Of a stretch of 51,779 nucleotides of DNA, positions 28,031-38,709 are shown piece by piece. The DNA comes from an uncultured Xanthomonas sp. (GTDB lineage: Bacteria; Pseudomonadota; Gammaproteobacteria; Xanthomonadales; SZUA-5): contig CAZLSB010000003.1 in NCBI GenBank assembly GCA_964561825.1, forward strand, positions 1 to 51,779, in the 5' to 3' direction. A program made the translations under genes and the position numbers. The notes under the pieces are model-generated. The model made no database searches. It was not told the DNA's origin and saw only the letters and a program-made list of their open reading frames with translations. How positions within the stretch are numbered: position 1 is the first letter of the stretch; every line of letters starts with the position of its first letter.

Positions 28031-28717
28031 TCAATGCTCCTCGCTGTGCGCTTGCCTTTGCAGGATGCTGCTGAATTCTTCCTGAAAAGTGTCATAACGC
28101 AATTCAATCCGTTCGACGGCATTACTGAAACGGTTGTAGAAAATCACCGCTGGAATGGCCGCGAACAGGCCCATCGCGGTGGCGATCAGTGCTTCTGAAA
28201 TACCGGGCGCGACCATGGCGATGGTCGCCTCTTTGACCGCGGCCAGTCCGTGAAAAGCCACCATGATTCCCCAAACGGTGCCGAACAAGCCCACGTAGGG
28301 GCTGATCGAACCAACCGTCGCCAAGTTGTTGAGGTTTTGTTCGAGCTTATCGACCTCGCGTGACAGCGCCACGCGCATCGCGCGCTGGCTGCCTTCCAGC
28401 AAAGTGCGCGAGTCATTCTGGCGGCGTTGGCGCATCCGCGCGAACTCGCGAAAACCCGCCTCGAACACGCCTTCCAATCCTTCCGAGGGCCGACCGCGAT
28501 TACTTACTTCACGGTACAGCTGCGCCAAATCAGCACCCGACCAGAAGCGTTCCTCGAATTCGTTGGCGGTTTTAGTCGCCTGCGCGATCACCGCTTTTTT
28601 GCGGAAAATGATCCACCACGACCAGACCGACGCGGCGAGTAACAAGGCCATCACCACTTGCACCGGCAAGCTAGCGCCCAGCATGAGTTCCCAAAGATTC
28701 AGTTCACCACTAGTCAC
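28031..28717 (-). CDS. tolQ: Tol-Pal system protein TolQ (MotA/ExbB family)
   Basis: 228 aa with three TM helices. The conserved C-terminal segment is GLFGTVWGIMVAF...GISEALIATAMGLFAAIPAV. Confidence 0.9.
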   Translation of the reverse strand: MTSGELNLWELMLGASLPVQVVMALLLAASVWSWWIIFRKKAVIAQATKTANEFEERFWSGADLAQLYREVSNRGRPSEGLEGVFEAGFREFARMRQRRQNDSRTLLEGSQRAMRVALSREVDKLEQNLNNLATVGSISPYVGLFGTVWGIMVAFHGLAAVKEATIAMVAPGISEALIATAMGLFAAIPAVIFYNRFSNAVERIELRYDTFQEEFSSILQRQAHSEEH

Positions 28718-28759
28718 CGCTCAATCTCCATCAAAAACGCAGGTAATTCGGTCAAGGGA

Positions 28760-29191
28760 TTATTGAATTGCCGCTAACAAATCCGCCGGAATCGGAATCG
28801 GTCGAAACTTGAGCGCATCCAAACAGGCGATTTCGACGTCGGCCCGACACAATTCAACGCCATTGCGTAACTCCATGATGCTTTGCGTCACGCTAAAGCT
28901 GGCGCGCCGCGCGGCGGTCAGCAACACGCTAATTCGCAACGTGTCGTCAAGTCGCGCCGGTTTCAGAAACTCTAACTGCATTGAGTAGACAGCAAACACC
29001 ACTTGTTTGCTCTGCTGCAAGGCATATTGCTCATAACCCTTCGCACGCAGCCACTCGGTGCGCGCGCGCTCCAAGAACTTCACATAATTGGCGTGATACA
29101 CCACCCCGCCGGCATCGGTGTCTTCCCAGTAGACGCGGGCGGGCCAGTGGAAGGCGGTCTTGCTATTGGGCATTGTAGGCATGGCGATCAA
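28760..29191 (-). CDS. ybgC: Tol-Pal-associated acyl-CoA thioesterase YbgC
   Basis: The hotdog-fold thioesterase motif is RVYWEDTDAGGVVYHANY. It sits between ruvB and tolQ. Confidence 0.85.
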   Translation of the reverse strand: MIAMPTMPNSKTAFHWPARVYWEDTDAGGVVYHANYVKFLERARTEWLRAKGYEQYALQQSKQVVFAVYSMQLEFLKPARLDDTLRISVLLTAARRASFSVTQSIMELRNGVELCRADVEIACLDALKFRPIPIPADLLAAIQ

Positions 29192-29255
29192 GACTAATAG
29201 GCTTCAAAAAGAGGAATGCGGACCGCTGTACCAACAACCAACAACCAACAACCAT

Positions 29256-30299
29256 TCACGCATCTTCGAACAAATCCACCGACGCATCAGGGCGCCGCGG
29301 CGGCTTGAGGCCCAGGTGCAAATAGGCCTTGCGGGTGACCATGCGGCCACGCGCGGTGCGCATCAGGAAGCCTTGTTGAATCAAATACGGCTCCACCACA
29401 TCTTCGATGGTGCCACGTTCTTCGCTAAGCGCCGCGGCCATACTGTCGACACCCACCGGGCCACCGTCAAAATGTTCGATCATCAGGCCTAACAAGCGCC
29501 GATCCAGCGCATCAAAACCCTCCGCGTCGACTTTCAGCATTTCCATCGCGCCAGCCGCGGCCTTTAGCGTGATCACGCCATCGCCTTTGATTTCGGCGTA
29601 GTCGCGCGCACGGCGCAGCAAACGATTGGCAATACGCGGCGTGCCCCGTGAGCGTCGGGCGATTTCAACCGCGCCGTCGGCATCACAGCGGATCGCCAAA
29701 ATGCCCGCTGAGCGGGTGACGATACGGGTCAGTTCTTCGACCGTATAAAACTCCAAACGCTGCACGATGCCGAATCGATCGCGCAGCGGCGCCGTCAACA
29801 AACCCGCTCGTGTGGTGGCGCCGATCAGCGTGAAGGGTGGCAAATCAAGTTTGATCGAGCGTGCCGAGGGTCCCTCGCCGATCATAATGTCGATCTGAAA
29901 ATCTTCCATCGCCGGATACAACACTTCTTCGACCACCGGCGATAAGCGGTGAATTTCGTCGACAAACAGCACATCGCGCGGCTGCAGATTGGTCAGCAGC
30001 GCAGCGAGGTCACCGGCGCGTTCCAATACCGGACCTGATGTTTGGCGCAGATTGACGCCCAACTCATTGGCAATCACGTGCGCCAGCGTGGTCTTGCCCA
30101 AACCCGGCGGCCCAAATATCAACACGTGATCGAGCGCCTCACCGCGCCGACGCGTCGCCTCGATGTAGATCTCCATTTGCTCGCGCACCGCCACTTGCCC
30201 GAGATATTCGGACAAGCGCCGTGGCCGGATATTGGCGTCCACCGACTCTTCCTCGCGCGACGCGGCGGGTGAGACGATGCGCGTGTCGCTGCTGGTCAT
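29256..30299 (-). CDS. ruvB: Holliday junction branch migration DNA helicase RuvB
   Basis: Walker A is GPPGLGKTT and Walker B is LFVDEIHRL, with [20 protein letters not shown]. The start is at MTSSDTR (30299). The track extends to 30380. Confidence 0.93.
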   Translation of the reverse strand: MTSSDTRIVSPAASREEESVDANIRPRRLSEYLGQVAVREQMEIYIEATRRRGEALDHVLIFGPPGLGKTTLAHVIANELGVNLRQTSGPVLERAGDLAALLTNLQPRDVLFVDEIHRLSPVVEEVLYPAMEDFQIDIMIGEGPSARSIKLDLPPFTLIGATTRAGLLTAPLRDRFGIVQRLEFYTVEELTRIVTRSAGILAIRCDADGAVEIARRSRGTPRIANRLLRRARDYAEIKGDGVITLKAAAGAMEMLKVDAEGFDALDRRLLGLMIEHFDGGPVGVDSMAAALSEERGTIEDVVEPYLIQQGFLMRTARGRMVTRKAYLHLGLKPPRRPDASVDLFEDA

Positions 30300-30487
30300 C
30301 GTGATCGCGCGCTCCAGTGGTCTTTCGGTCAGCGTAGGCAGCAACGGCTTGGCGCTGCGCGAGGTTTTCGGCGCACGCAAAGCGCCGGGGATTCTGAACG
30401 AGCGCGACGGGATAACAAAGCGCAGCTTGCCGAGTGGTTCCGCCTACGTTTAGGCTGCGCGACCTCGTGCATACGGATTGAATACTT

Positions 30488-31411
30488 ATGAAGCCGCGTT
30501 CCATCACGTTAATTGGCGCACCCACCGATGTGGGAGCCGCCGATCGCGGCGCCTCGATGGGCCCTGAAGCACTGCGCGTGGCGGGTTTGCGGGAGGCACT
30601 GATGGCGCGCGGGTTGATCGTTGAAGATCGTGGCAATCTGGTGGGCCCGATCAATCCCATGCAGCCGCCAGAAGATGGTTATCGCCATTTGCCTGAAGTT
30701 AGCGCCTGGAACAGACAGGTTTTTGATGCCGTCGGCGCAGCGCTGGATGACGGTCGATTGCCGATTCTGCTCGGCGGCGATCATTGTTTGGCAGTCGGCT
30801 CGATCGCCGCGGTGTCGGCGCATTGCCGGCGGGTGGGCAAAAAATTGCGCGTAATCTGGCTGGATGCACACGCCGATTTTAATACCAGCGAAATCACGCC
30901 GTCGGGCAATACCCACGGCATGCCGGTCGCCTGCTTGTTTGGCATCGGCCCGGCGGCGCTGGTCAACATCGCAGGTTTCGCGCCGGCCTTGCAGCGCGAT
31001 CAGATCCACCAGATTGGCATCCGCTCGGTTGATCCGGGTGAACGCCAGTTGGTGCACGAGCAAGAAGTGTCGATTTTCGATATGCGCTATGTAGACGAAC
31101 ATGGCATGCGCAAAGTCATGCACGAGGCCCTGGCCGGCCTGGATGCGCATACCCATCTACACGTCAGTTTTGATGTGGATTTCCTTGACCCGGAAATTGC
31201 GCCCGGCGTCGGCACCACGGTGCCCGGCGGCCCGAATTTCCGTGAAGCGCAGTTGGTGATGGAAATGATCGCCGACACCGGCCTGTTGGCATCGCTAGAC
31301 GTGGTGGAGCTCAACCCGGCCTTTGACGATCACAACCGCACTGCATTGTTGGCCGTGGATTTGATCGAAAGCCTGTTTGGCAAATCGACGCTGATGCGCT
31401 CGCGGACGTAG
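30488..31411 (+). CDS. Arginase (ureohydrolase family)
   Basis: The Mn-binding motifs are GGDHCLAVGS, DAHADFNT and SFDVDFLDP. 307 aa. Confidence 0.85.
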   Translation: MKPRSITLIGAPTDVGAADRGASMGPEALRVAGLREALMARGLIVEDRGNLVGPINPMQPPEDGYRHLPEVSAWNRQVFDAVGAALDDGRLPILLGGDHCLAVGSIAAVSAHCRRVGKKLRVIWLDAHADFNTSEITPSGNTHGMPVACLFGIGPAALVNIAGFAPALQRDQIHQIGIRSVDPGERQLVHEQEVSIFDMRYVDEHGMRKVMHEALAGLDAHTHLHVSFDVDFLDPEIAPGVGTTVPGGPNFREAQLVMEMIADTGLLASLDVVELNPAFDDHNRTALLAVDLIESLFGKSTLMRSRT

Positions 31412-31498
31412 TGACGTCGCCGGGGCGCGCTCTATTGCTACCCAACTGCTCGATTTCGGCTCATGCTGAGTTTCGTCGCAAATTAGTTTGAGGCCTGC

Positions 31499-32497
31499 AT
31501 GCTCGCCGCCTATATCGACCGCTACGGCGGTCCGTCTGTGTTGAACATGGGCGAACTTCCGGAGCCCAGCGCTGGCCCCGGTGATTTGTTGGTCGATGTT
31601 GCCGCCGCCAGCGTCAATCCCGTCGATTTCAAGTTGCGCGATGGCAAGCTCAAGTCCTTGCTGCGTTTTGGTTTTCCGTTGATTCTCGGCAATGATTTAT
31701 CGGGCACGGTGCGCGCGGTCGGCAGTGCGGTGCGGCGCTTCAAAGTGGGCGATAAGATTGTCGCGCGCTTAGGTAAATCGCGCATCGGCGCCTTTGCACA
31801 AGTCGCGCTGGTGGCCGAAGTGGACGCCGCGTTGGCACCGACGTCGATCGATTTGATCGACGCCGCGGCGCTGCCGCTGGCCGGTTTAACCGCGTGGCAG
31901 GCGCTGTTCGAGTTGGGGCAATTGCGCGCCGGCATGAGCTTATTGGTGCACGCCGGGGCCGGTGGCGTTGGGCATTTTGCGCTGCAACTGGGCCGTTGGA
32001 AGGGCGCGCGGGTGATCACCACGGCGAGTACGAAGAATTTTGAGCGCTGCTTGGCGCTCGGCGCCGATCAGGTGATTGATTATCGCCATACGCGCTTCCA
32101 AGACGTGCTGCGCGACATTGACGTCGCACTTGATACGCAGGGCGGCGAAACCTTATTGCACAGCATCGCGGTGAGCAAAGTAGGTGGGCAGGTGATTTCG
32201 ATCAGCGCCATGCCAACGCCCGAGGTCGCGCGTGAATGGGGCGCAAAGGCGCCGCTGACTTGGATTTTGGCTCTGCTGACTCGCAAAGAAAGAAACGCAG
32301 CGCGCGCGCGTGGCGTGCATTACCGTTATTTGTTCATGCGGCCGGATGGCGCACAACTGGGTGAATTGGTCGGCTTGGTGAATAGCGGCGTGCTCAAACC
32401 GACCATCGAGCGTCGTTATCCCTTGCGCGAAGCCGCCGCCGCGCTCGCCCACGTGGAAGCCGGCCACGCAGTGGGCAAAGTGCTGATCGTTCCTTAA
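31499..32497 (+). CDS. NAD(P)H-dependent oxidoreductase, medium-chain dehydrogenase/quinone oxidoreductase family
   Basis: It has a GroES-like N-terminal domain and the Rossmann loop VHAGAGGVGHFALQL. The C-terminus GHAVGKVLIV is typical of the family. Confidence 0.8.
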   Translation: MLAAYIDRYGGPSVLNMGELPEPSAGPGDLLVDVAAASVNPVDFKLRDGKLKSLLRFGFPLILGNDLSGTVRAVGSAVRRFKVGDKIVARLGKSRIGAFAQVALVAEVDAALAPTSIDLIDAAALPLAGLTAWQALFELGQLRAGMSLLVHAGAGGVGHFALQLGRWKGARVITTASTKNFERCLALGADQVIDYRHTRFQDVLRDIDVALDTQGGETLLHSIAVSKVGGQVISISAMPTPEVAREWGAKAPLTWILALLTRKERNAARARGVHYRYLFMRPDGAQLGELVGLVNSGVLKPTIERRYPLREAAAALAHVEAGHAVGKVLIVP

Positions 32498-32530
32498 CCG
32501 CTTGATTTTGCCAGCGGCAAGCCGTCAGGC

Positions 32531-33883
32531 CTACGCACCAAGTCGACGCAGCAACACGGCAAATCGCCAGTTCAGCAAGATGGCTGCCATCGTCAAGCCG
32601 CCGATGAAGCCAATCCACAGGCCGGGGGCGCCCCAGTTGGCGCCAAAACCCAAGGTCCAGGCGAGTGGAAAGCCGATGCCCCAATAGGCGAGCGCGGTGA
32701 TGTACATCGGAAATTGGGTGTCTTTGAGGCCGCGCAAAGCGCCGGCAGCCACCACTTGAATACCGTCGGACACTTGAAAAATGCCGGCCAGGGCCATCAA
32801 CTGTGCGGCCAATGGCACCAATTGCGCGGCGTTCGGTGCGTATAGCCGGGTGATCTGCGCGGCAAAAATCAACATGATGCTGGCCGAAAAGAGTTGCGTG
32901 AGCAGCGCCAAGCCCAAGCCGGAAACACCCGCACGACGCACGCCGAGCAAATCACCGGCGCCGCGTGCATGGCCTACACGCACGGTCACGGCCTGCGCCA
33001 GCCCTAGCGGAATCATGAAAGCGACTGACGCGACGTTGACGGCAATCTGATGCGCGGCCGCCCAATCGCCGCCGATCCGACCCATTAACAGCGCCACGAC
33101 GATGAACAATCCGCCCTCCATCTGCCAAGTAAAAGCCATCGGCAGCCCGAGTGCCAACAAGGCGCGGAGCGGCTCGCGCTGCGGTCGATTGAGCTGCAGA
33201 ATCGGACCAAAACGCCTAAACCAATGCGCGCGATGCAAGTACCATGCGAGTCCGATCACTTCTAAGCTCAGGCAGATTGCCGTCGCCAGGCCCAAACCGA
33301 AGGTGCCGAGCGCCGGAATGGGTCCGGCCCCAAAGGCCATTAGCGTGGCCAATGGCACCAGGGCCAGCAGCCCCAAAGTGGACGCCACCATGCCCGGTTT
33401 GGTGCGCCCCAGACCATCGGCATAACCACGCAACATGAAAAACGCGGCCAAAGCTGGCCCACCAAAGCCCACCCCGAGCAGAAATTCGCTGGCGTGCGGA
33501 TACAGCTGCGCGTCCACGCCTATCGCCCGCAGCAGCACGCTGGCGTTGAAACAGATCAACATGACCACCAGCCCCAAGCCAATGACCAGCCACCAGGCTT
33601 GGCGCGCGCGCGGCGCAATCTCGTCAAAACGCTGGGCGCCGAATAGTTGCGCCACCGTGGGCGTCACCGCGCCGAGCACGCCGACGGTCAATAACAGCGA
33701 AAAAGTGTAAATCGCGGTGCCCACCGCCACGCCGCCGAGCGCCGCCGAGCTGATCCGACCGGCGATAACGCTGTCAGCCACGCCCATGCCCATCGCGGAA
33801 AGCTGGCCCACCACCAAGGGCGCCGCCAATCGCAGCGTCGCCATCAGGTGCTCGGGATAGCTAACGGCAGTGTCACGAGTCAT
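32531..33883 (-). CDS. MATE-family multidrug efflux transporter
   Basis: 450 aa with about 12 TM helices. The N-terminus LRLAAPLVVGQLSAMGMGVADSVIAGR is typical of NorM-like MATE proteins. Confidence 0.85.
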   Translation of the reverse strand: MTRDTAVSYPEHLMATLRLAAPLVVGQLSAMGMGVADSVIAGRISSAALGGVAVGTAIYTFSLLLTVGVLGAVTPTVAQLFGAQRFDEIAPRARQAWWLVIGLGLVVMLICFNASVLLRAIGVDAQLYPHASEFLLGVGFGGPALAAFFMLRGYADGLGRTKPGMVASTLGLLALVPLATLMAFGAGPIPALGTFGLGLATAICLSLEVIGLAWYLHRAHWFRRFGPILQLNRPQREPLRALLALGLPMAFTWQMEGGLFIVVALLMGRIGGDWAAAHQIAVNVASVAFMIPLGLAQAVTVRVGHARGAGDLLGVRRAGVSGLGLALLTQLFSASIMLIFAAQITRLYAPNAAQLVPLAAQLMALAGIFQVSDGIQVVAAGALRGLKDTQFPMYITALAYWGIGFPLAWTLGFGANWGAPGLWIGFIGGLTMAAILLNWRFAVLLRRLGA

Positions 33884-33947
33884 GGGCTGGCTTTGCGCGA
33901 AGGGCGGCGTATCTTACGGGGCTTGCAAGGACTTTCGGGACAGACGA

Positions 33948-34928
33948 ATGGCTACAGCGTTGGTGACGGGTGCGACCGGTTTCCTCGGCGGTCATCTGGT
34001 GCAGCTTTTATTGGATCGCGATTACCAGGTACGCGTTTTGTATCGATCGGAAACCTCGTTGGCGCCGCTGACCGGCCTGGACGTGCAGACCTTTCGTGGC
34101 GATGTCACGGATGTCGCCTCGTTGGACGGCGCGCTCACGGGCAAGGTCGACGTGTTATTCCACGTCGCCGCCAGCACCGCCTCGTGGCGACCGAAGTTCG
34201 CCGAACAGATGCGCATCAACGTCGATGGCACGCGCAACGTGGTGCAAGCCGCACTGCGCGCTGGGGTTGGGCGCTTGGTGCACACCTCCAGCGTAGCGGT
34301 CTATGGTCTGACCAATGAGGTCATCAATGAACGCTCGCCGCATTTGGGGCGGGATTCTTGGATCAATTACTCGCGCAGCAAAGCACTTGGCGAAGAGGAA
34401 GTACAAATCGGCATTCGCGCGGGTTTGGACGCGGTGATCTGCAACCCCACGCACATCTTTGGGCCGGGCGATACGCATAACTGGGCGCGCTTGATCATGT
34501 TGATTGATAAGCAAAAACTTCCCGGCGTGCCACCCGGCAGCGGCGCTTTTGTGGATGTGCGGGAGGCCGCGCACGCGCTGATTGCCGCAGCCGAACGCGG
34601 CGCCAGCGGTGAGAGTTATTTGCTCGGTGGCGAAGAAACCAGCTTTCTCGATCTGGTGCAGCGTATCGGCCGGCAATTGGGCAAACCCACGCCGAATAAA
34701 TCGATGCCCGCGTTTGCCATGCGGCTGTACGCCCAAGTGTTAGATGGAATAAGCCGCATCACCCAACGCGAGCCAGACCTCACGCCGGAATCAGTGGCTT
34801 TTGTTTGCCATCATATGCACTGCGACATCAGTAAAGCGCGGCGCGTGCTGAATTTGCAAGTCACCCAACTGGATCATTTGCTGGCAGACACCGTTAAGTG
34901 GCTGCGTCAGCAACGTTTGGTGTCCTAG
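33948..34928 (+). CDS. NAD-dependent epimerase/dehydratase (extended SDR, dihydroflavonol-reductase-like)
   Basis: The start is at MATALVTGATGFLGGHLV (33948). It has the glycine-rich NAD loop TGATGFLG and the YSRSK catalytic motif. Confidence 0.8.
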   Translation: MATALVTGATGFLGGHLVQLLLDRDYQVRVLYRSETSLAPLTGLDVQTFRGDVTDVASLDGALTGKVDVLFHVAASTASWRPKFAEQMRINVDGTRNVVQAALRAGVGRLVHTSSVAVYGLTNEVINERSPHLGRDSWINYSRSKALGEEEVQIGIRAGLDAVICNPTHIFGPGDTHNWARLIMLIDKQKLPGVPPGSGAFVDVREAAHALIAAAERGASGESYLLGGEETSFLDLVQRIGRQLGKPTPNKSMPAFAMRLYAQVLDGISRITQREPDLTPESVAFVCHHMHCDISKARRVLNLQVTQLDHLLADTVKWLRQQRLVS

Positions 34929-34933
34929 CCCAC

Positions 34934-36076
34934 ATGCACCCAGACAGCAGCGCCCCGCAGTTGGATACCTTGCGCGCAGCGCGCACCCGCCGTGAGCGCA
35001 AGGCGCTGGCGTGGCAAGGGCGCCAGTGCGAAAACTGCAGCGTGGCGCTGCAAGGGCCGTTTTGCCATCAATGCGGACAACCGGAGCGCACCCCGATTCG
35101 CAATTTGCTGGCGCTGTCGAGTGACGCGGTTGACTATTTGTTTGATGTTGATGCGCGCGTTTATCGCACTCTGCGCAGTTTGTTCTTTTTCCCTGGGCGC
35201 TTGACTGAGCTGTACTTGCGCGGCGAACGCATGAGTTTCGTGCGGCCTTTGCGCGTCTATCTGATCATCAGCGCGTTGTTGTTTGTGGTTGTAAACGCGA
35301 CCAGCGATATCGACGGCGTCGCGCAATTTAACGATGAGCCATTCAAGGTCGAAAACGACAGCAAAGCCACAACCAGCGACGCCAAAACGCTCGACACCTC
35401 AGCCACCGATAAACCTGCGGCCGCTGGCGGGCCCGCAGCGCCAGAAAAACCCGAAGCGCCCGACAAAACGGAGCAAACGGATAAGCCGCAGACCTCGGAT
35501 AAGCCCAAAAAAGAGCCAATCTCGCTGACCATTTTTGGCGACACGCCCTGGCATCGGACCGACAATCCGTTTATTTTGAGTGGGCTGCCGACCAGCGTTA
35601 ACGACTGGATGAACGATTACATCGGCATCATTGAAACAAAGCTGCAACTGGTGCGCGACGATCCTAAACGTCTAGGTCATGCTTTTTTGCAGGTATTGCC
35701 GCAGAGTTTGTTTGTACTGCTGCCGATCTTTGCATTGCTGCTGAAAATCGTGCTGATTTTTAAGCGGCGCATGTATATGGAACACTTGATGGTGGCGGTC
35801 CACAGTCACACCTTCATTTACATCGGTATTCTGCTGTCGATCGGCTTGTCCAAACTGGCTGAGCATTGGCCAACGGGCTGGGCTAACCCGTGGTGGCTGC
35901 TGATGGGTTTGGCGATCGCCTGGATTCCGCTCAATCTGTTTTTGACCCAAAAGCGCGTCTATCGGCAAACGTGGTGGGGCGCATCCATTGGCTTTATGGT
36001 CATCAGCACCTTGTATCTTTGTCTGATCAGTCTCACCACCATGGGTGCTTTGGTGATGAGTTTGGTCTCTCTTTAA
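34934..36076 (+). CDS. DUF3667-like membrane protein (N-terminal zinc-ribbon, Pro/Lys-rich linker, polytopic C-terminus)
   Basis: The zinc ribbon is CENCSVALQGPFCHQCGQ. The low-complexity linker is KPAAAGGPAAPEKPEAPDKTEQTDKPQTSDKPKKEP. Several C-terminal TM helices follow. The start is at M13 of the ORF. Confidence 0.65.
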   Translation: MHPDSSAPQLDTLRAARTRRERKALAWQGRQCENCSVALQGPFCHQCGQPERTPIRNLLALSSDAVDYLFDVDARVYRTLRSLFFFPGRLTELYLRGERMSFVRPLRVYLIISALLFVVVNATSDIDGVAQFNDEPFKVENDSKATTSDAKTLDTSATDKPAAAGGPAAPEKPEAPDKTEQTDKPQTSDKPKKEPISLTIFGDTPWHRTDNPFILSGLPTSVNDWMNDYIGIIETKLQLVRDDPKRLGHAFLQVLPQSLFVLLPIFALLLKIVLIFKRRMYMEHLMVAVHSHTFIYIGILLSIGLSKLAEHWPTGWANPWWLLMGLAIAWIPLNLFLTQKRVYRQTWWGASIGFMVISTLYLCLISLTTMGALVMSLVSL

Positions 36077-36089
36077 TCTGGAAAAAAGC

Positions 36090-36410
36090 ATGATCGTTTA
36101 CGAAGTCAGCACCAAAGTTCATGAAGCGGTGGCCGATGAATACCGCGCTTGGTTGGGCGACCACGTGCGCGAACTGCTGACCTTGCCGGGTTTTGTCAGC
36201 GCAGAAGTGCTCGTGGTAGAACCGCAACAGCCAACGCCAGAGCACCAGGAACTGGTGGTCCACTATCGTCTGGAAAGCCACCACGCGCTGCTACGCTACC
36301 TCGCTGAACACGCGCCACGCATGCGCGCCAAGGCCGGCGAACGCTTTGCTGGCCTAGCGCAGATTGAGCGACGGGTGCTTGCGCCTTTGGTTGAGATGCT
36401 GCCGGTTTGA
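36090..36410 (+). CDS. Small conserved hypothetical protein (DUF4286-like)
   Basis: 106 aa. MIVYEVSTKVHEAVADEYRAWLGDHVRELL resembles the DUF4286 pattern as I remember it. It lies immediately upstream of priA. Confidence 0.5.
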   Translation: MIVYEVSTKVHEAVADEYRAWLGDHVRELLTLPGFVSAEVLVVEPQQPTPEHQELVVHYRLESHHALLRYLAEHAPRMRAKAGERFAGLAQIERRVLAPLVEMLPV

Positions 36411-36428
36411 CCGCATGACTAGATCGCC

Positions 36429-38588
36429 ATGACGTGGCGTGTCCGGGTTGCGGTACCGGTTCCCATCAACAAGCTGTTCGATTACGCCAGCGAAAACGAA
36501 GCGCCCGCGGGCGTGCGCGTAGTGATCGAATTTGGCAAGCGCAAGCTGGTCGGCGTGGTGGTGGACAGCGCGCCGGGCGCCATTGAGGGTTTGAAGCCCA
36601 TCTTGCAGGTGCTCGACAGCCAAGCGCTCTTGGATCCCGCGCTGTGGGCTTTGCTTCCGCGAGTGGCGCGTTATTACCTAGCGCCGCTCGGCGAGACGCT
36701 CGCCACGGCGTTCCCCGCCGGCTTGCGGCGCATCGATCCCATGGTATTGCCAGAACGGCGTTTGTACGCACTGACCGCCGCTGGGCGTCTGGCAACGGCA
36801 CCGCGCGGCGTCGCCAAACAACGGCTCTGGCAACGATTACACGATGCGCCAGCCATTGAGAGTCAATTGGCGCAGTTGCATGCGCGCTGGCGGCCGATTT
36901 TGACCGAGTGGGGCGCCGCCGGCTGGACCGAATCCTGGGCGCTGTCGCCGTATGCGCCGCCGCCGATTTTGGCGCCGGCACCGCCGTTGAGTGTCGCGCA
37001 GGCGCAGGTACTGGCGCAGGTGCGCGAGCACGGTGCACAGTTTGGCGTTTTCGTCTTGGACGGCGTGACCGGTAGCGGTAAAACCGAAGTCTATCTGCGC
37101 TTGATCGCTGATGTGCTGGCGCGCGATCAGCAAGCCTTGTTGCTGGTGCCGGAAATTGGCCTGACGCCGCAGTTGCTGGCCCGCGTGCGCGAGCGCTTGC
37201 CCGGCCGCGTGGCCGCGCTGCATTCGGAACTGTCCGAGGGTGAGCGGGTCGAGGCCTTTGCGGCGGCCGCCCGTGGTGAGGTCGATGTGCTCATCGGCAC
37301 GCGTTCGGCGGTCTGGACACCGCTGCCGCGCCTCGCCTTGGTCATCGTCGACGAGGAACACGATGCTTCCTACAAACAACAAGATGGCATCCGCTACAGC
37401 GCGCGTGACATCGCCGTGCTGCGCGCGCAGCGGGTGGCGGCGCCGGTGCTGCTGGGCAGCGCCACGCCAAGCTTAGAGAGTTTGCGTAAAGTGCAATTGG
37501 GCCATTACCAGCGCCTCTCGATGCCGACCCGGATTGGCACCGCCAAACAACCGCGCTGGCGGGTGGTCGATCTGCGCGCCTTGCGACTGACGGACGGCCT
37601 AGCACCAACGACGCTGACCGTGATTGCTGAGCACTTGAACGCCGGCGGCCAAGTGCTGGTCTTCAAAAATCGCCGCGGTTATGCGCCGGCCCTGCTCTGC
37701 CACGATTGCGGCTGGTATGCGCAATGCCCGAATTGCGATAGCGCGCTGACCTTCCACCGCGGCGCGGCGTGGCTGCGCTGCCATCACTGCGACTTTCAGC
37801 AGCGTCCGCCGCTGGTTTGCCCGAATTGCAGCAGCCTAGCTTTGGTGCCTCAAGGCGCCGGTACCGAGCGGCTTGAGGCAAGCCTTGCCGCCGCGTTCCC
37901 ACAAACCCCGATTGTGCGGCTGGATCGGGATACCACCAGTCGCAAATCCAGCTTTGCGACGGCCATTGACGAGTTGTTACGCGGCATTCCGACGCTGATC
38001 GTGGGCACGCAGATGCTCGCCAAGGGCCATCATTTGCCGGCGGTGACATTGGCGGTGATCGTCGGTGTGGATGAGGGGCTGATGAGCGCCGATTTTCGGG
38101 CCAGCGAACGCTTGGCGCAGTTGATCGTGCAAGTCGCCGGTCGCGCCGGTCGAGCGGAACGCGCTGGCGAAGTGCTGTTGCAAACCCATGTGCCCGAACA
38201 CCCGTTGTTAAGCACTTTGCTGCGCAAAGGCTACGGCGAATACGCGCGTTTGGCGCTGTTGGAGCGGGCAGATACCGGTTTGCCGCCGGTCGGCCATGCC
38301 GCTTTACTACGCGCTGAACATATCGATGGCGGTAAAGCCGATCTCTTTTTGAGCGCCGTGTTGGCGGACTGCCGCAAAGAACTACGCGACGCGGTCGACG
38401 TGTCCGGCCCATTGCCAGCGCCGCAGCCGCGTCGTCAGGCGCGCTGGCGCTTCCAATTGGTGGTGATGGCCAACGAACGCCGACCGCTACATGCCTTCCT
38501 AGCCGCCGCCGTAGACGCCGCCTACCGCCACGCACGCGATCGCAATTTGCGCTGGAGCGTGGATGTCGATCCTTTGGATTTTGGGTAG
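36429..38588 (+). CDS. priA: Primosomal replication restart helicase PriA
   Basis: Walker A is GVTGSGKTEVY and the DEAH box is VDEEHD. The Cys-rich zinc module is CHDCGWYAQCPNCDSALTFH...CHHCDF...CPNCSS. Confidence 0.93.
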   Translation: MTWRVRVAVPVPINKLFDYASENEAPAGVRVVIEFGKRKLVGVVVDSAPGAIEGLKPILQVLDSQALLDPALWALLPRVARYYLAPLGETLATAFPAGLRRIDPMVLPERRLYALTAAGRLATAPRGVAKQRLWQRLHDAPAIESQLAQLHARWRPILTEWGAAGWTESWALSPYAPPPILAPAPPLSVAQAQVLAQVREHGAQFGVFVLDGVTGSGKTEVYLRLIADVLARDQQALLLVPEIGLTPQLLARVRERLPGRVAALHSELSEGERVEAFAAAARGEVDVLIGTRSAVWTPLPRLALVIVDEEHDASYKQQDGIRYSARDIAVLRAQRVAAPVLLGSATPSLESLRKVQLGHYQRLSMPTRIGTAKQPRWRVVDLRALRLTDGLAPTTLTVIAEHLNAGGQVLVFKNRRGYAPALLCHDCGWYAQCPNCDSALTFHRGAAWLRCHHCDFQQRPPLVCPNCSSLALVPQGAGTERLEASLAAAFPQTPIVRLDRDTTSRKSSFATAIDELLRGIPTLIVGTQMLAKGHHLPAVTLAVIVGVDEGLMSADFRASERLAQLIVQVAGRAGRAERAGEVLLQTHVPEHPLLSTLLRKGYGEYARLALLERADTGLPPVGHAALLRAEHIDGGKADLFLSAVLADCRKELRDAVDVSGPLPAPQPRRQARWRFQLVVMANERRPLHAFLAAAVDAAYRHARDRNLRWSVDVDPLDFG

Positions 38589-38709
38589 ATGCGGGAGCGG
38601 CGTTTGATCACAGATCGAACCCAGCAAAGGCCCCGCCGGCATGCCGGCCAAGCATGCGTGTGCTCACCCCGCTATGATTGGCGGTCTCCTCCGGCCAGCA
38701 AGGATAGTC

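Noticed and set aside
34934-36076. The Pro/Lys/Glu-rich low-complexity linker in the DUF3667-like protein, considered as a possible novel repeat protein.
   Set aside because: It is a short disordered linker between a recognisable zinc ribbon and a polytopic membrane domain. This is common in the family as I recall, so it is not notable.
38635-38648. A perfect 14-bp palindrome, GCCGGCATGCCGGC, between priA and ilvE, considered as a terminator or operator.
   Set aside because: As a hairpin it gives only 5 bp plus a 4-nt loop, and it has no T-tract. GC-rich palindromes of this size are expected by chance at this base composition.
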